Of a stretch of DNA of 64,000 bases, positions 27,597-41,612 are shown one piece after another (positions within the stretch are counted from its first letter, which is position 1; every line of letters begins with the position of its first letter). The position numbers were made by a program, and so were the translations under genes. Origin of the DNA: Eledone cirrhosa (taxonomy: Eukaryota); NCBI GenBank assembly GCA_964016885.1, contig OZ024741.1:301258001-301322000 (forward strand), read 5' to 3'. Below the pieces are notes generated by a model, which was not told the origin of the DNA, ran no database searches, and saw nothing but the letters and a program-made list of their open reading frames with translations.

Positions 27597-28920
27597 TGGT
27601 TGGGGTAGAGGGGTTGTCTGCTGATGTTAAGTGGTCTCCTGTGTTTGTTATATTCCTTGTTGTTGTAAAATGTGGTTCGGGTTGGTGGTTGTAGATTGAA
27701 TGGGGTGTTCCTGTACTGCGAGTATGGGTCTGTGTTTCTATGTGCCATGTTGTATTGTGGTGTTATAAGTGGCCTACGTTGTTGGTGGTATCGTGTGGTG
27801 TGGGTTTGTTGTGTATTGTGGAAGCGAGAGTTGAGAAAATGGTAATTACCTTGCTGTCCCCTTGAAGCGGGGAAGTTGTTACATCGATCATGGCGGTGGT
27901 ATCTTTTCCCTATGTTTGACGATGAGGCATCCGCGTAGTAGTTGAGTGATTTGGTATGGTGTCTCCTTGAAGGGGGAAAGTTGTAAATGTCATTCTGGGG
28001 GAGATGATTTCTTGGGTTTTTGTTCCTTCTTATGGTAGCGAGGTTGGGAAGCTCATCTTCGGTGTGGTGCTTCCTTCTTCGTTTGTTAGAGGCTTGGGGG
28101 TTGAGAAGTTGTTGTGCGGTTCAGTTATGGGTTTTCCTATTTTTATGAACGGGTTATTGGAGGTGTAATCCGTTTGAAAAGTCGATTCATAGTGTAGGAA
28201 CCAAGCGGCACTTTTTTCCCAGCGTTGAAGGGATTTCAGTTCTTCTCTGTTGCAGTCCCCATTCCATAATTTGGAGATCTTCTCTACCTTGGGGCCTTCA
28301 GTTTTGTTGTTGATTTCCAGGAGGATCTCTTCATCGATGGTTTTGATTTTTTCCTCATTTGTTTGGGCCCTCAGTTTAAGAAGTTCAATTTCTGTCTTCA
28401 TTTTTTCCAATGCCATTCTTTCCCTAAGGTGTCTTTGAGGTTCGGGTTCATTTGGAATGGACTTTATTTGTAGTTTACGGGGGAGAGTTAGAGGGGTTCA
28501 GTTAAGCCATTTTTCATATATCTCTGCTTTGTTGTGATTTTGTATCATCTTCCAGAATGAGAAGTTTCTGTCTCTGAGTGATTTGTTCCATTTTGGAATT
28601 GTTCGAATTTTCATTTTGTGTGAATCAATCTCACATGGTTCTTCGTTGGTTTTTCCTGAGTTGGTAGTAGTGAACATAGTCAGGATAGTATCGCAAAGGT
28701 TTTGGAGTTTGTCGCCGATTTCGGAAGGTTTGTATCCGGTGGCAGTTTCCTTATTTGTGGAGTCAAGTTTGTCGACCAGCAAAGATAGGTTGGTGATGAT
28801 TTTCTTGAGTTCCTGTAGGATCTCTTCATTTGAGTTGATGAGGGTTGTATCCGTTTTTGTTGGCATTTTCTGTATCTCGTGTGAGGATATGATAGTTAAA
28901 AGAATAGAGGTGTAACACAC
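27557..28920 (-). pseudogene. PLE ORF1-like upstream frame (~450 codons; helical/coiled-coil N-half, R/N/H/P-rich tail)
   Basis: 28920-28030 is one frame with a single in-frame TGA at 28498-28500; after one frameshift near 28120-28030 the frame stays open to TAA at 27557. Confidence 0.7.
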
Positions 28921-29513
28921 AAGTTATTATATGTTGGTAAACGGAATAGAAAATGCTGACAAATTGTTCACAGTTGAAAAATGGTTTAATTAGGTATAAA
29001 AGAGTATTAGTGATTGTATGGGTTAGTATTCAGTTGTGGTTTTAAGTTTTTAAGTTTTTACCGGTTGCGCATTTCTAAATGCTTTTCAAAAATAATTTTG
29101 AGATAGTGTCCGTGCTGTTTGCTCTGATCTGATTAGTTTTGGGAATTCTACCTGTTTTTATGTTAAAAAAGTGGCTCCAGCGTTACTTTGGTGTTGCAAA
29201 ACTTCTTGTGGTCAAAACAATTTTGATTGGTCGGTAGAGGTCATGTGAGTGTAAAAAATTGATTTTGCGCCAAGACTGTTTTTATGTTAAAAAAGTGGCT
29301 CCAGCAACAATTCTCGTGGTCAAAACAATTTTGATTGGTCGGTAGAGGTCATGTGAATAAAAAATTGGTTTTGCGCCAAGATTGAGAAATGACTCTTTCA
29401 CAACAAATATGTGTGTGTCTGTGTGTGTGTGTGTTTGTGTGTAGTAGTAGTAGTAAGGTGTTCGATGTTGTGATAATGGTTAGCAGCGATGTGTGTCAAA
29501 TGGCTATTGAGAT

Positions 29514-29556
<43 letters not shown>

Positions 29557-29559
29557 GGT

Positions 29560-29616
<57 letters not shown>

Positions 29617-29806
29617 GCGTGTGTGTGTATAGCAGAGTAATTCGTGGTGGCAGGGATAGTCAGTAAGAATGTGTCTGAAAGCAATGGTGGGTATTTTAGC
29701 ATGTCAAAAGATATTTTTCAGCTTTTGTCTTATACGGAGAAGTGCGTGTGTGTGTGTGTATATAAGTCTCTTTGTATGTTGATGTACGCGTGTGTATGTG
29801 TGTGTG

Positions 29807-29856
<50 letters not shown>

Positions 29857-30203
29857 TGGGTGGACCAGTATTTTTTTTCCCCCTGGTAAAAACAGTCTTG
29901 GCGCAAAATCAATTTTTTACACTCACATGACCTCTACCGACCAATCAAAATTGTTTTGACCACAAGAAATTTTGCAACACCAAAGTAACGCTGGGGCCAC
30001 TTTTTTAACATAAAAACAGGTAGAATTCCCAAAACTAATCAGATCAGAGCAAACAGCACGGACACTCTATCTCAAAATTATTTTTGAAAAGCATTTAGAA
30101 ATGCGCAACCGGTAAAAACTTAAAAACTTAAAACCACAACTGAATACTAACCCATACAATCACTAATACTCTTTTATTCCTAATTAAACCATTTTTCAAC
30201 TGT

Positions 30204-32561
30204 GAGTCGTGGCGTGGACTCGTCGCAGGTCGAACGATTTCGGCGTTGTATGGGCTTCGAAAAGACCATAAAATGGGCAGTGACCCTGTCGCGGGACCAC
30301 CAACACGGCCAGTCTGTGGAGCTAACTTTGCTAGTAACTACAGACTGCCCTACTTCCTCTCCCTGATCATACGCCTCATCATTGAAATGTCCCCAGATGT
30401 ATGTGACAGCACGGAGGACCTCCTCAGCAGAATCGGCGAAAGTAACCGATCTAGGGACCTGTATCCATCTATTGACGTGGATTTTGCTGTGGAGAAATGC
30501 GTAGAAATGATCAGTGAGAGCAATGTTGAGTTCCATGGGATTGATACCATGACCTGGGACTCCTTCTTAAACTTACCTATAGTAATAATTACCTAGACAC
30601 ATATGGCCTTAGCAACCGGTGCCCTACAAGACCAGCAAGAGGCAGACCACCTACCATTACCTCAATAGCCAAGAAAACCCACACAGATAGATGGAACGGG
30701 TGGACCAGAGCCATACGGACACCCGAAAACCACGATGAACTGAAGAAAATGATTGCACATGCGGTAGGGGCCAGCATAAAACTAACCCTTAAGGAACATA
30801 TGTTCAAATTTAATGGAAAAACATATGCCCAAGAGGAAGGAGCAGCCATTGGTGTTAGCATTGCAGGCGACATAGCTAACTTATTCATGGTATGGTGGGA
30901 CAGTAGACTTAAACTTAAACTTAAAGAACAATTAGAAGACCCCTTAACCCTGATAATGTACTCCCGCTACGTTGATGATATAAACATCGTAGTTAAGACA
31001 CCCCCACTAGAGAACAGTCAGGAACTAGAGAAAAACACAATGGAAAGCATCCAGAAAATAGCTAACTCCATCCACCAGAGCATTAGACTTACTATAGACT
31101 ACCCAAGTAAACACCCCAACCATCGATTACCTGTACTAGACACAGAGCTCTTGTTAGATACCATTAATAAAAAAAACAAATCCTCCATTCCCATTATGCC
31201 AAACCCATGACTTCCAAACATCTGATCCACCGAAACTCGGTCGTTTCGGACCATACCAAAATCAACATACTGATTGCGGATGTGGTACGGGTGATGAGAA
31301 ACGTGTCCCGCATGTGTAACCCCGAAGAACTAGAGAGACACATACAACACTTCATCCACCGTATGCAGTTCTCTGGCTACAATCAGAGAGATAAAATCAG
31401 AGTGTATAGAGGAGCCAGAACCAAATGGGAAAAAATGGTAAATAATGACATAAATGGGACCTTCCCCTTGTATAGGAGCAAATTTTGGAATAGAATAGAA
31501 AGAACTAGGAACAAGGCTAATAGAATAAACTCATGGTATGATAGCAATAAATACCAGAGTGTAATGTTCATCGATACAACCCCTAGAGGTGAATTAGCTT
31601 ACAAATTTAGAAGGGCCCTAGATAAACATAAACTCAATATTAAGATAGTAGAAAGACCAGCTACCTCCGTAAAAACACTTATTAGCAAGACATACCCTTT
31701 TCAAAGACCCTCATGTATAGATAAGAAATGTATAACCTGTAAAATAAGCTCCTATATTAACTGTAAAACTAGAAATGTAGCGTATAGCATAAGATGTACT
31801 GAAGGACAATGTAGAAACAAAAATATAGTGTACATAGGTGAGACAGCTCGTAGTGTAGGGGAACGGATAAATGAACACTGGCGAGACCTTCAAGATAGTA
31901 AAGAATCATCTGTACTCTACCAACATGCTAAAATAGAACACAAGGGTAAATTAGAGAACATAGAAATAAAAATAGAATCTACACACAGAAAAGACGCAAT
32001 GTTTAGACAAATCACAGAGGCAATAAACATAAAAGAATTGCAACCAAAATTAAATAGAAAATATGAGTGGAACAGCAACATCACAACTTACAATTAAGGA
32101 CAAAATGAAAACACACACACACATAGAACAAACAACCAACCAGTAACATGTAAATAAACAAATAAATATATGAACATAAACACACACAGACACCCGGATG
32201 TGGCGCATGCGCAGACTGAGCACACAACACACACATAAACAAAATGGCGTAGGACAGAACAAAGGAGAGGCACAAAAACAAAGAAAGGAATCCCCAGTCA
32301 CTGAAGAGGTCACAGAGTGTGTGACGAAAGAACTATGACAATATATAAACAACTATCTGGTTGTGGAACCAACCAACCAACCAGAAATTTATAAATTTAT
32401 AAATTTATTATAAATGTATTATAAATTTATTATAATAAATTGAAGTGAAAGCAACTGGTGCGTGTGTTTCTTATTGGCAACATGACCCTCCCAAAGTATA
32501 ACAATATCGGTTTCAACACACGATTTCAGATAAAGAATCTTGCTAAACAAATTCAGAAACG
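30204..32561 (+). mobile_element. 5'-truncated PLE of a third family (RT + GIY-YIG) with 3' pLTR
   Basis: LYGLRKDHK, PTRPVCG, LYPSID, QEEGAAIG, RYVDD, LPVLD, RMQFSGY, C...C..C..NCKTRNVAYSIRC..YIGETARSVGERINEH..EA..I...LN; ends in (TA)n. Confidence 0.92.
32297..32339 (+). ncRNA. Minimal type I hammerhead ribozyme
   Basis: gtca-CTGAAGA-g-gtcac..gtgac-GAAA-gaac-TA-tgac. Confidence 0.8.
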
Positions 32562-32570
32562 ATATATATA

Positions 32571-32638
<68 letters not shown>

Positions 32639-32941
32639 GACAGAGACACAAAAGATGCAGTTATTTTTAGTAGTGAAGTATTAGGCTAAAAGGATTTCTA
32701 AAGTAAGAAAGTAAAGAACTGCTAAAACTACGGAATGGCGTCTCGGTCGGATCTTTAACAGTTCCACCAGCTTGGGTGGTTAATGCCTTCTTGACCACCT
32801 TTTCACTTTTGTATGGCTTCTTAACACATTGTTTAGCTCTGGTTATTAACTATTGAGCACTTTGCCAGTATCATTTCTGATTTTTGCGTTTCGCTTCGCC
32901 TTTCCTGCCCGCCGAAATGCGATTCTCGTTGAATCTTCATT

Positions 32942-33007
<66 letters not shown>

Positions 33008-33011
<4 letters not shown>

Positions 33012-33505
33012 CAAATAGATAGCAGAATTAAATACTCGTATCAATACCCTGTAATTAATGAGCTCAAAGTATAAAAACCGAACACTTTATAATATAATAT
33101 ATAGAAATAAACACAGAAAGATTTGTGTTTAGAATTATAAGTGCAGAAAAACCACTTTGGTGCGATGTATATAATCTCTGAACAAACGGAAAATACATAA
33201 TAACCGGAAAAAGTTGAAATAAAATGTACTAAGTTTCAATAACTATTAAACTCCTTCAAAAAGTACAGATAGAGTTTGTTTATAACCGTTGTTGAGAAGC
33301 CCTAGGACTATTTGTTACAGACACAAATTTTACGGTGAAACAAACTATGTCTGTAGTTTGTCCTGGAGTTCAATAGTTATTGAAACTGTTATTATGTATT
33401 TTCCGTTCGTTCAGAGATTATATACATCGCACCAAAGTGGTTTTTCAGCACTTGTAATTTTAAACACACATCTTTCTGTGTTTATTTCTATATATTGTAT
33501 TATAT
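33008..33505 (+). mobile_element. Second copy of the fold-back pLTR element of 23547-24133 (right arm truncated)
   Basis: Near-identical to 23547-24070, same inversion junction. Confidence 0.85.
33284..33370 (+). ncRNA. Hammerhead motif, U3:A8 variant with strong stem III
   Basis: TTGAGAA-gcc...ggt-GAAA-caaactat-gtct-gtagtttg-TC; stem I weak. Confidence 0.6.
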
Positions 33506-33511
33506 ATACAT

Positions 33512-33589
<78 letters not shown>

Positions 33590-33669
33590 ATACCTTTATG
33601 TATATGAATGAATGTATATGTATGTATGTTTGTGTGTATGTATGCATGTATGTTTTCTTCACTTTCTCT

Positions 33670-34750
33670 TAAATTTAGTTTACTTTTGACCGGCGCCTTC
33701 CCAGTGATATGGTTGTAAGGAAAAAGAAAGATTTCGGCTTCCTTTGTGCAATCGTTGATCCTTTGAATCGTAAGAATATTTTTCACATTGTGGAGGTTCC
33801 AGATATCGCGGCCATCTATAGGTTCTGAATTACTGAGCTACATTCTTTCTCCACAAATCCAAATTCTGATATATGTTGGTCCAAGTGTGTTGATGTGTAT
33901 CCTGTAGCTCTTATAATGTGTATGAAGCTGGACAGGTAACTTGGTTACCGGATCTGCAAACGCTTTATAATTGATCTGTAGGTATCCTCCTTCATTTGTA
34001 TTTTCTTACTACATCAACACCCAATGGGTAACTGACTTGAACAGCAGAGCTTATTTTAATATGTAAACCCAAACAACAATATCAGGCCGCTTGTCTTTTA
34101 ATTTGGTGGCCGTTTTATTTTCAGGTTCTACCATCAGTCTCAACATATTTTTCCCTATTTGCTTTTACTTTTGTCATACGTAATGTATTCCAGTTCCTTC
34201 TGGTTATCACATGATGCCTTATGGGGAAGTATTAACGAGAAAATATTGTTTCGCTGTTGGCAGTAATGTGGCTAACTTCTTTTGTTTTTATTTTGCAGTC
34301 TACATTTATTGTAAACTGATGACTTTCATTCATTGAGCAATAGGTACTGGGTGGGTGTTCTTCTTTCTGGATTACTTAGGGGTACCCTTCAAGGTGAGAT
34401 GATATGAAATTGCCAGAACTCCATGTGCAGCTTTTAGTATAGTTTATCTCCTTTATGATCTTCGTTTTTCGTCTCAAGTACCCATGTCCAAATTTCTCAG
34501 TGAAGTGGTCCATCTTTTAAATTTTGTTTGAACATTAAGTAGGCATCTTGGGGGGAGAGATTTGTGTCACCTTTTATTTCTTGCTTCTCTTCCAGACCAG
34601 TGGCTGTCTTAACAATGTAGTTATTTTCTTGCACATAAAGCTGAGAGAGATGCTTGCTGACCTGTATCTTCTGTTGCGGATGTTACTTCAGTATGACTAT
34701 CCGGGTTTCGTATTTGGCGTGGAAGATCTAGCCAAACCACGTCAGTAATA
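33670..34750 (-). pseudogene. R4/Dong-like non-LTR retrotransposon C-terminal remnant (CCHC knuckle + restriction-like endonuclease)
   Basis: Hand translation across frameshifts: NKCRL/CKIKTKEVSHITAN..YFPIRHHV and ATKLKDKRPDIVVW. Confidence 0.7.
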
Positions 34751-35353
34751 ATATTAAAGTTTCCAGTAACACAGCTGTTTGCGAGTCCAGTTCTCACAAT
34801 AAACAGTACAACACGCTAAATGTTGGCTTGCTTGATGTTAGGCACGAAAAACGTATTATGGTCAGTGAGTTTGTTGTATGTTGAGATGTATGATGACCAT
34901 ATTCTTTTATACCTGCATGTATGTATGGAGGTAGGTTGGTAGGTAGATAGGTAGGTAGGAAGGTGGGTAGGTAGGTAGATAGGTAGGTTTATAGGTAGGT
35001 AGGTAGGTAGGTAGGTAGGTAGGTAGGTAGTGATGTATGTATGTATGTTTTGGGGGTTTTATAAATTTTTTCATTTCTACTAATAGAGAACCGATTTTCA
35101 AAGCATAGTCTTTTTCATTAAAAGTTAGACATCAACTAGATAATTCTGTATGTATGTTTGTTTCTGTTTGTGTATGGTTTCGGCTATGAATGTTATTGCC
35201 AGTGTGGATCTGTATGCCTTGTTATATCTGTTATATGTGCAAATGTATACATATAGTGTAATAAGGAAAGAACACGGGCCACCATGGTTTTCCTAATCAT
35301 AGGCCCTGCTAACTAGGAAACACCCTATAACACAAGTGTCTGTATATATATAT

Positions 35354-37480
<2,127 letters not shown>

Positions 37481-37576
37481 TGTTGGCAGTATTTTAGTGT
37501 GTTAATTTTTTTTTGTTCTTTTTATTTATATATATTATATATAGTTATATATATTATATATATATATATATTAAAA

Positions 37577-37633
37577 TAACAGATTAAAGTTTAAGCAAAT
37601 AATCGCTGCTTTCACCCTTAACGGGATCTTCAA
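37577..37633 (-). repeat. Short pLTR 3'-end fragment (3 copies: also ~47605-47658, ~48613-48672)
   Basis: aacagattaaagtttaagcaa..tcgctgctttcacccttaacgggatctt repeated beside (TA)n; minus strand reads ..AAGA-tcccgttaagggt-GAAA-gca..tgc, the 3' half of an HHR. Confidence 0.7.
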
Positions 37634-37822
37634 ATTTATTATTATTACTTACGCAATCATTGGTGCAGTTATGGAATCATTGTGATATGCCAATGACTAA
37701 TAATTGCATAACTACACCAATTATTGCGTAAGCGTCTGACGACGTCACAGGAATAACCATGTAAAAAAATATATATAATGCAATAAACAATTATGTTGAT
37801 TTAATCCCGTTTTAACTATCAG

Positions 37823-38002
37823 TGGCAGTATCGGTAGAAGGTCGGATGCCATGCTTTGCAGCAAAGAGTTACGGCCCTTTGTGGTCTGAGTTCAAATCCC
37901 GCTGAGGTTAACTTTGCCTTTCATCCTTACGGGGTCGATAAAATAAAATACCAGTAATACACTGGGATAATTGATAGCCTTGTGGCAAAAGTAGAAACAA
38001 TT
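37823..38002 (+). mobile_element. tRNA-derived SINE
   Basis: Same family as 11345/20566. Confidence 0.85.
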
Positions 38003-38149
38003 ATTTGATAAATGAATACTCAGTCAGTTATTATCACCTACATGGGATAAACTACTGACGTGTAGTGCTTTGGAACACTAGGGCCTGCTTATCATCAGGA
38101 AGTTACTACGTAACAACTAAGATAAACAATATATATAAAACAAAATTGT

Positions 38150-38782
38150 TAAAATGTCCGCTCTACATGGCTGAATACAATAAATGTAATCTGAGTTTTT
38201 CGAATATTAATAATAATATTCGATTGGTTTGCAATTATGCAAACAAGCCTCATTTTTAAAGCATGTCAGCAGGATAAGCCCCTCATTCTTGTTCTTGTGT
38301 TGGCATGTAAACAGAACTGCAGACACTAATATTTCTGGGTATTACCCTTCATCAGTACAGTTCACTGTTCACCTGCCAACTGTCAGAGCTAGTGAAAATA
38401 TATGATATTTTATCAAATATACAGTGACTGATCGGCCTGATTTGCATATTAGCAGACTGATTGATCAGTCAGATCTGCATATTAGCAAATCCACTAATCA
38501 GCCAGATTTGCATATCAGCAGACAGGCTAGTCAATTTCCTGTATACGGGCGATCAATGGCCGGCTTTACCATATTCAAAATGAAATTTTAAAAAAGTTTC
38601 GCTCTACATGGCTGAATACAATAAATCTAATCTGAGTTTTTCGAATATTAATAATAATATTCGATTCGTTTGTAATAATGAGGGGCTCATTCTACTGACA
38701 TGGATTTAAAAATGAGGCTTGTTTGCATAATTGCAAACGAATCGAATGTTATTATTAATATTCAAAAAACACAGATTACATT

Positions 38783-38790
<8 letters not shown>
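38150..38790. mobile_element. Rearranged pLTR element with direct and inverted partial copies
   Basis: 38160-38235 repeated directly at ~38601-38676; ~38178-38287 inverted at ~38678-38787; HHR at 38314-38363. Confidence 0.7.
38314..38363 (-). ncRNA. Type I hammerhead ribozyme with extendable stem I
   Basis: gaactgta-CTGATGA-a-gggt-aat-accc-a-GAAA-tattagtg-TC-tgcagttc; canonical GUC; stem I extends to tggca/tgcca (38301-38378). Confidence 0.88.
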
Positions 38791-38839
<49 letters not shown>

Positions 38840-38844
<5 letters not shown>

Positions 38845-39253
38845 CGTAATTAGTTTCTGAAAGGGGATGTACATAGTCACCAAATGGAGACCATGGAGAA
38901 TCCTGTCTTCATCAGGGAGTCATTCTCGGCTAAGATTCCTTGCGATTCGCGGACACAGGGATCCAATACAAAAATAATTCAGTAGATGGAAAAAAGGTAG
39001 CGCGGACTAAATTCCAAGCCATTTAAAACTTCACTGCCTTCATGGTCAGTGGCGAATTGAAAAGAATCAATCACGTGACATCGAGGTTAATCAGTGAGGA
39101 GTGGGGTGTTAATTACTATAATTTTCTTACTTTACGTCTTTTATATAATTGTTCTACATCTCTTTGTATTGAACCACAAAGTTACTAAGACAAAACCTAT
39201 AGCTCTGCTAGCGTAAGTATACATCTGTATAAATATGTTGGTAGATATACTAA

Positions 39254-39260
<7 letters not shown>
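38840..39260. mobile_element. Rearranged copy of pLTR family 4846-5460
   Basis: 38845-39110 is inverted homology to ~5020-5277 (includes HHR 5' half); 39120-39260 is direct homology to ~5325-5460. Confidence 0.7.
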
Positions 39261-39349
<89 letters not shown>

Positions 39350-39500
39350 TTATTTGGGTTTGTTTGTTCATTGGTTCACCACTGGATAGAACTGGTCATT
39401 CTGTGTGGTCAACCTCGATATAATATTATGGAGAGCACTCAACGCAATGCAACTCACCCGTCTTCGTTTGTGTAGTTGGTGGTGCGAGTACGGAGTAAAT

Positions 39501-41454
39501 TATTACAAAATAACAGGAGGCTGTACTGGTGTAAATCCTTGAAAGGTTTATTATACTATGATCATTTCAATGATCGGGTTCAGTATGAATCCGGTGACAT
39601 CATCAGGTAGTTCAAAATATAACGAATGAATATAACAGATAAAAATCCATGGAGTTTAAATCAGAGACAGGAGGGCAGCCGGCAATTTAGCAGCCTCTAG
39701 CTCCGTTGGCCGCCCTCAAGTGTGGATTATTAGGTCTACATATTAACACCTGGTGTGGGGGCAGAAGCCTTTAATGTACTACTACCATCCCGTCAGATGG
39801 AAATGTCAGCGCTGAAGTCACGCGTCAATCAGGCTGGTCAGGCATGCTCGAAATTGCCGCGAAATGTTTTTTCAAGAACAAACACCATCCACAAAGACAG
39901 ACATAGAGATTAAAAAGGGAAAGAGTGTGCGTGAATAAAAGAGAGATAGAGAGTGACAGAGAGAGTAAAACAGAGAGAGAGAGTGTGTGGGAGAATGAAA
40001 AAAGGAGAGAGATTGACAGAGAGAGTGAGAAAGAGAGTGTGTGTAAGTGATATACAGAGAAGGTGACAATTAACATAAGAAGGCTTTTATGAAGAAGTTC
40101 AAGTGTAATATATATAGTCCCGATAAATTGTCAGGGTATCATATAGTAAAATTAGGCCCGTGCTAGCGGTCAAGAACCAGCGACGACTGTGGAACGCGCG
40201 CCAGCCACCCCCTCCCACGTGCCAGCTGTTCCGAGTAATATTGTCTAGCGAAAGAAATGGAAATTAGTTTTTCCGAGCACTCCAGGAATGTAACTGTCTT
40301 AGGCGTTGGGTGTGCTGGCGCCGGCTGGCCATCGTATATACCAAGCGGTTGCTATTATATCACACAGTGTGGGGATTTAGTTAAGTGCTAGTAGGAAGAA
40401 GCATGATAGAGCTAAATAAAAGTTATGACTAAGCCTAGAAAATAAAGGTACTATTTGGCGGTCAATGCCGGCGGCGAGGCGAGTCCCAAGCCCGGCCTGG
40501 CCCCGGGTCGAAACAGCGGTTCCGAGTAATTTCGTTTATGGAAAGAAGGGGAAACTTATTTTTCCAAGCACTCAAGGAAGGCTAAAACGCCCGAGTGCCC
40601 GGTGCACAGTCGGGAAATCCGCCACATCCGTCGGATCATCGAGTGTTACCAGATGATTAATATTTATTCACACCCGTGGTGTGAGGTTGAAAGTAGTAAA
40701 ACGCAATGAAATGCGTTAATAGACTATATCTAGTCCCCATTTAGTTCGGGTTATAGTAGTGTGGTTCTAGGGTGGTAAGGTGGAATGAATAAGGAAAAAG
40801 ATATATGGGTACTGAGAGTAATATTCCAGGGTCGTGTGTTAATGAGCACGGTGGTAGTTATGTACTGGGAATAGAGCGAGCAAGTAAATACATAAGCAAA
40901 ATACAAAATAAAAAATAAAAAAAACAAATACATAAATAATTAAAATACATAAACAAAATGCAGTCTTAACTAGGGTGGTGATGCATGGAGTAAAACGGAA
41001 GTATATACAACATATCGAAGAAATCAAACTCTCTCCCTTTTTAATCTCTATGTCTGTCTTTGTGGATGATGTTTGTTCTTGAAAAAACATATTTCGCTCA
41101 ATTTCGAGCATACCTGACCAGCCTGATTGACGCGTGACTTCAGCGCTGACATTTCCATCTGACGGGATGGTAGTAGTACATTAAAGGCTTGCGCCTGCAC
41201 ACCAGATGTTAATATGTAGACCTAATAATCAACACTTGAGGGCGGCCGACGGAGCTAGAAGCTGCTAAATTGCCGGCCGCCCTCCTGTCTCTAATTTAAA
41301 CACCATGGATTTTTATCTGTTATATTCCTTCATTATATTTTGAATTACCTGATGATGTCACCGGATTCATACTGAACCCGGTCATTGAAATGATCATAGT
41401 ATAATAAACCTTTCAAGGATTTCCACCAGTACAACCTCCTGTTATTTTGTAATA
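39501..41454. mobile_element. ~1.95-kb element with ~425-bp inverted pLTR arms, each carrying an outward-facing hammerhead
   Basis: 39501-39925 is the reverse complement of ~41029-41454; HHRs at 39554-39609 (-) and 41346-41401 (+); right end joins (TA)n. Confidence 0.85.
41346..41401 (+). ncRNA. Type I hammerhead ribozyme (mirror copy 39554-39609 on -)
   Basis: tac-CTGATGA-tgtcaccgg..ccggtcatt-GAAA-tgatca-TA-gta; palindromic stem III. Confidence 0.78.
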
Positions 41455-41574
41455 TATATATATTGTTTAGGGTTTGTAACGTCAAATTACTTCTGGTTCA
41501 CCAAAGTGAGCACTCAGTACGTAGTTTCCTGTATGTAATTTTGGGTTGTACCAATCAGAATGTATGTATATATG

Positions 41575-41612
<38 letters not shown>

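Noticed and set aside
28498-28500. In-frame TGA in ORF1 as programmed readthrough/Sec
   Set aside because: Single copy in an element with other disablements; a nonsense mutation is simpler without a consensus
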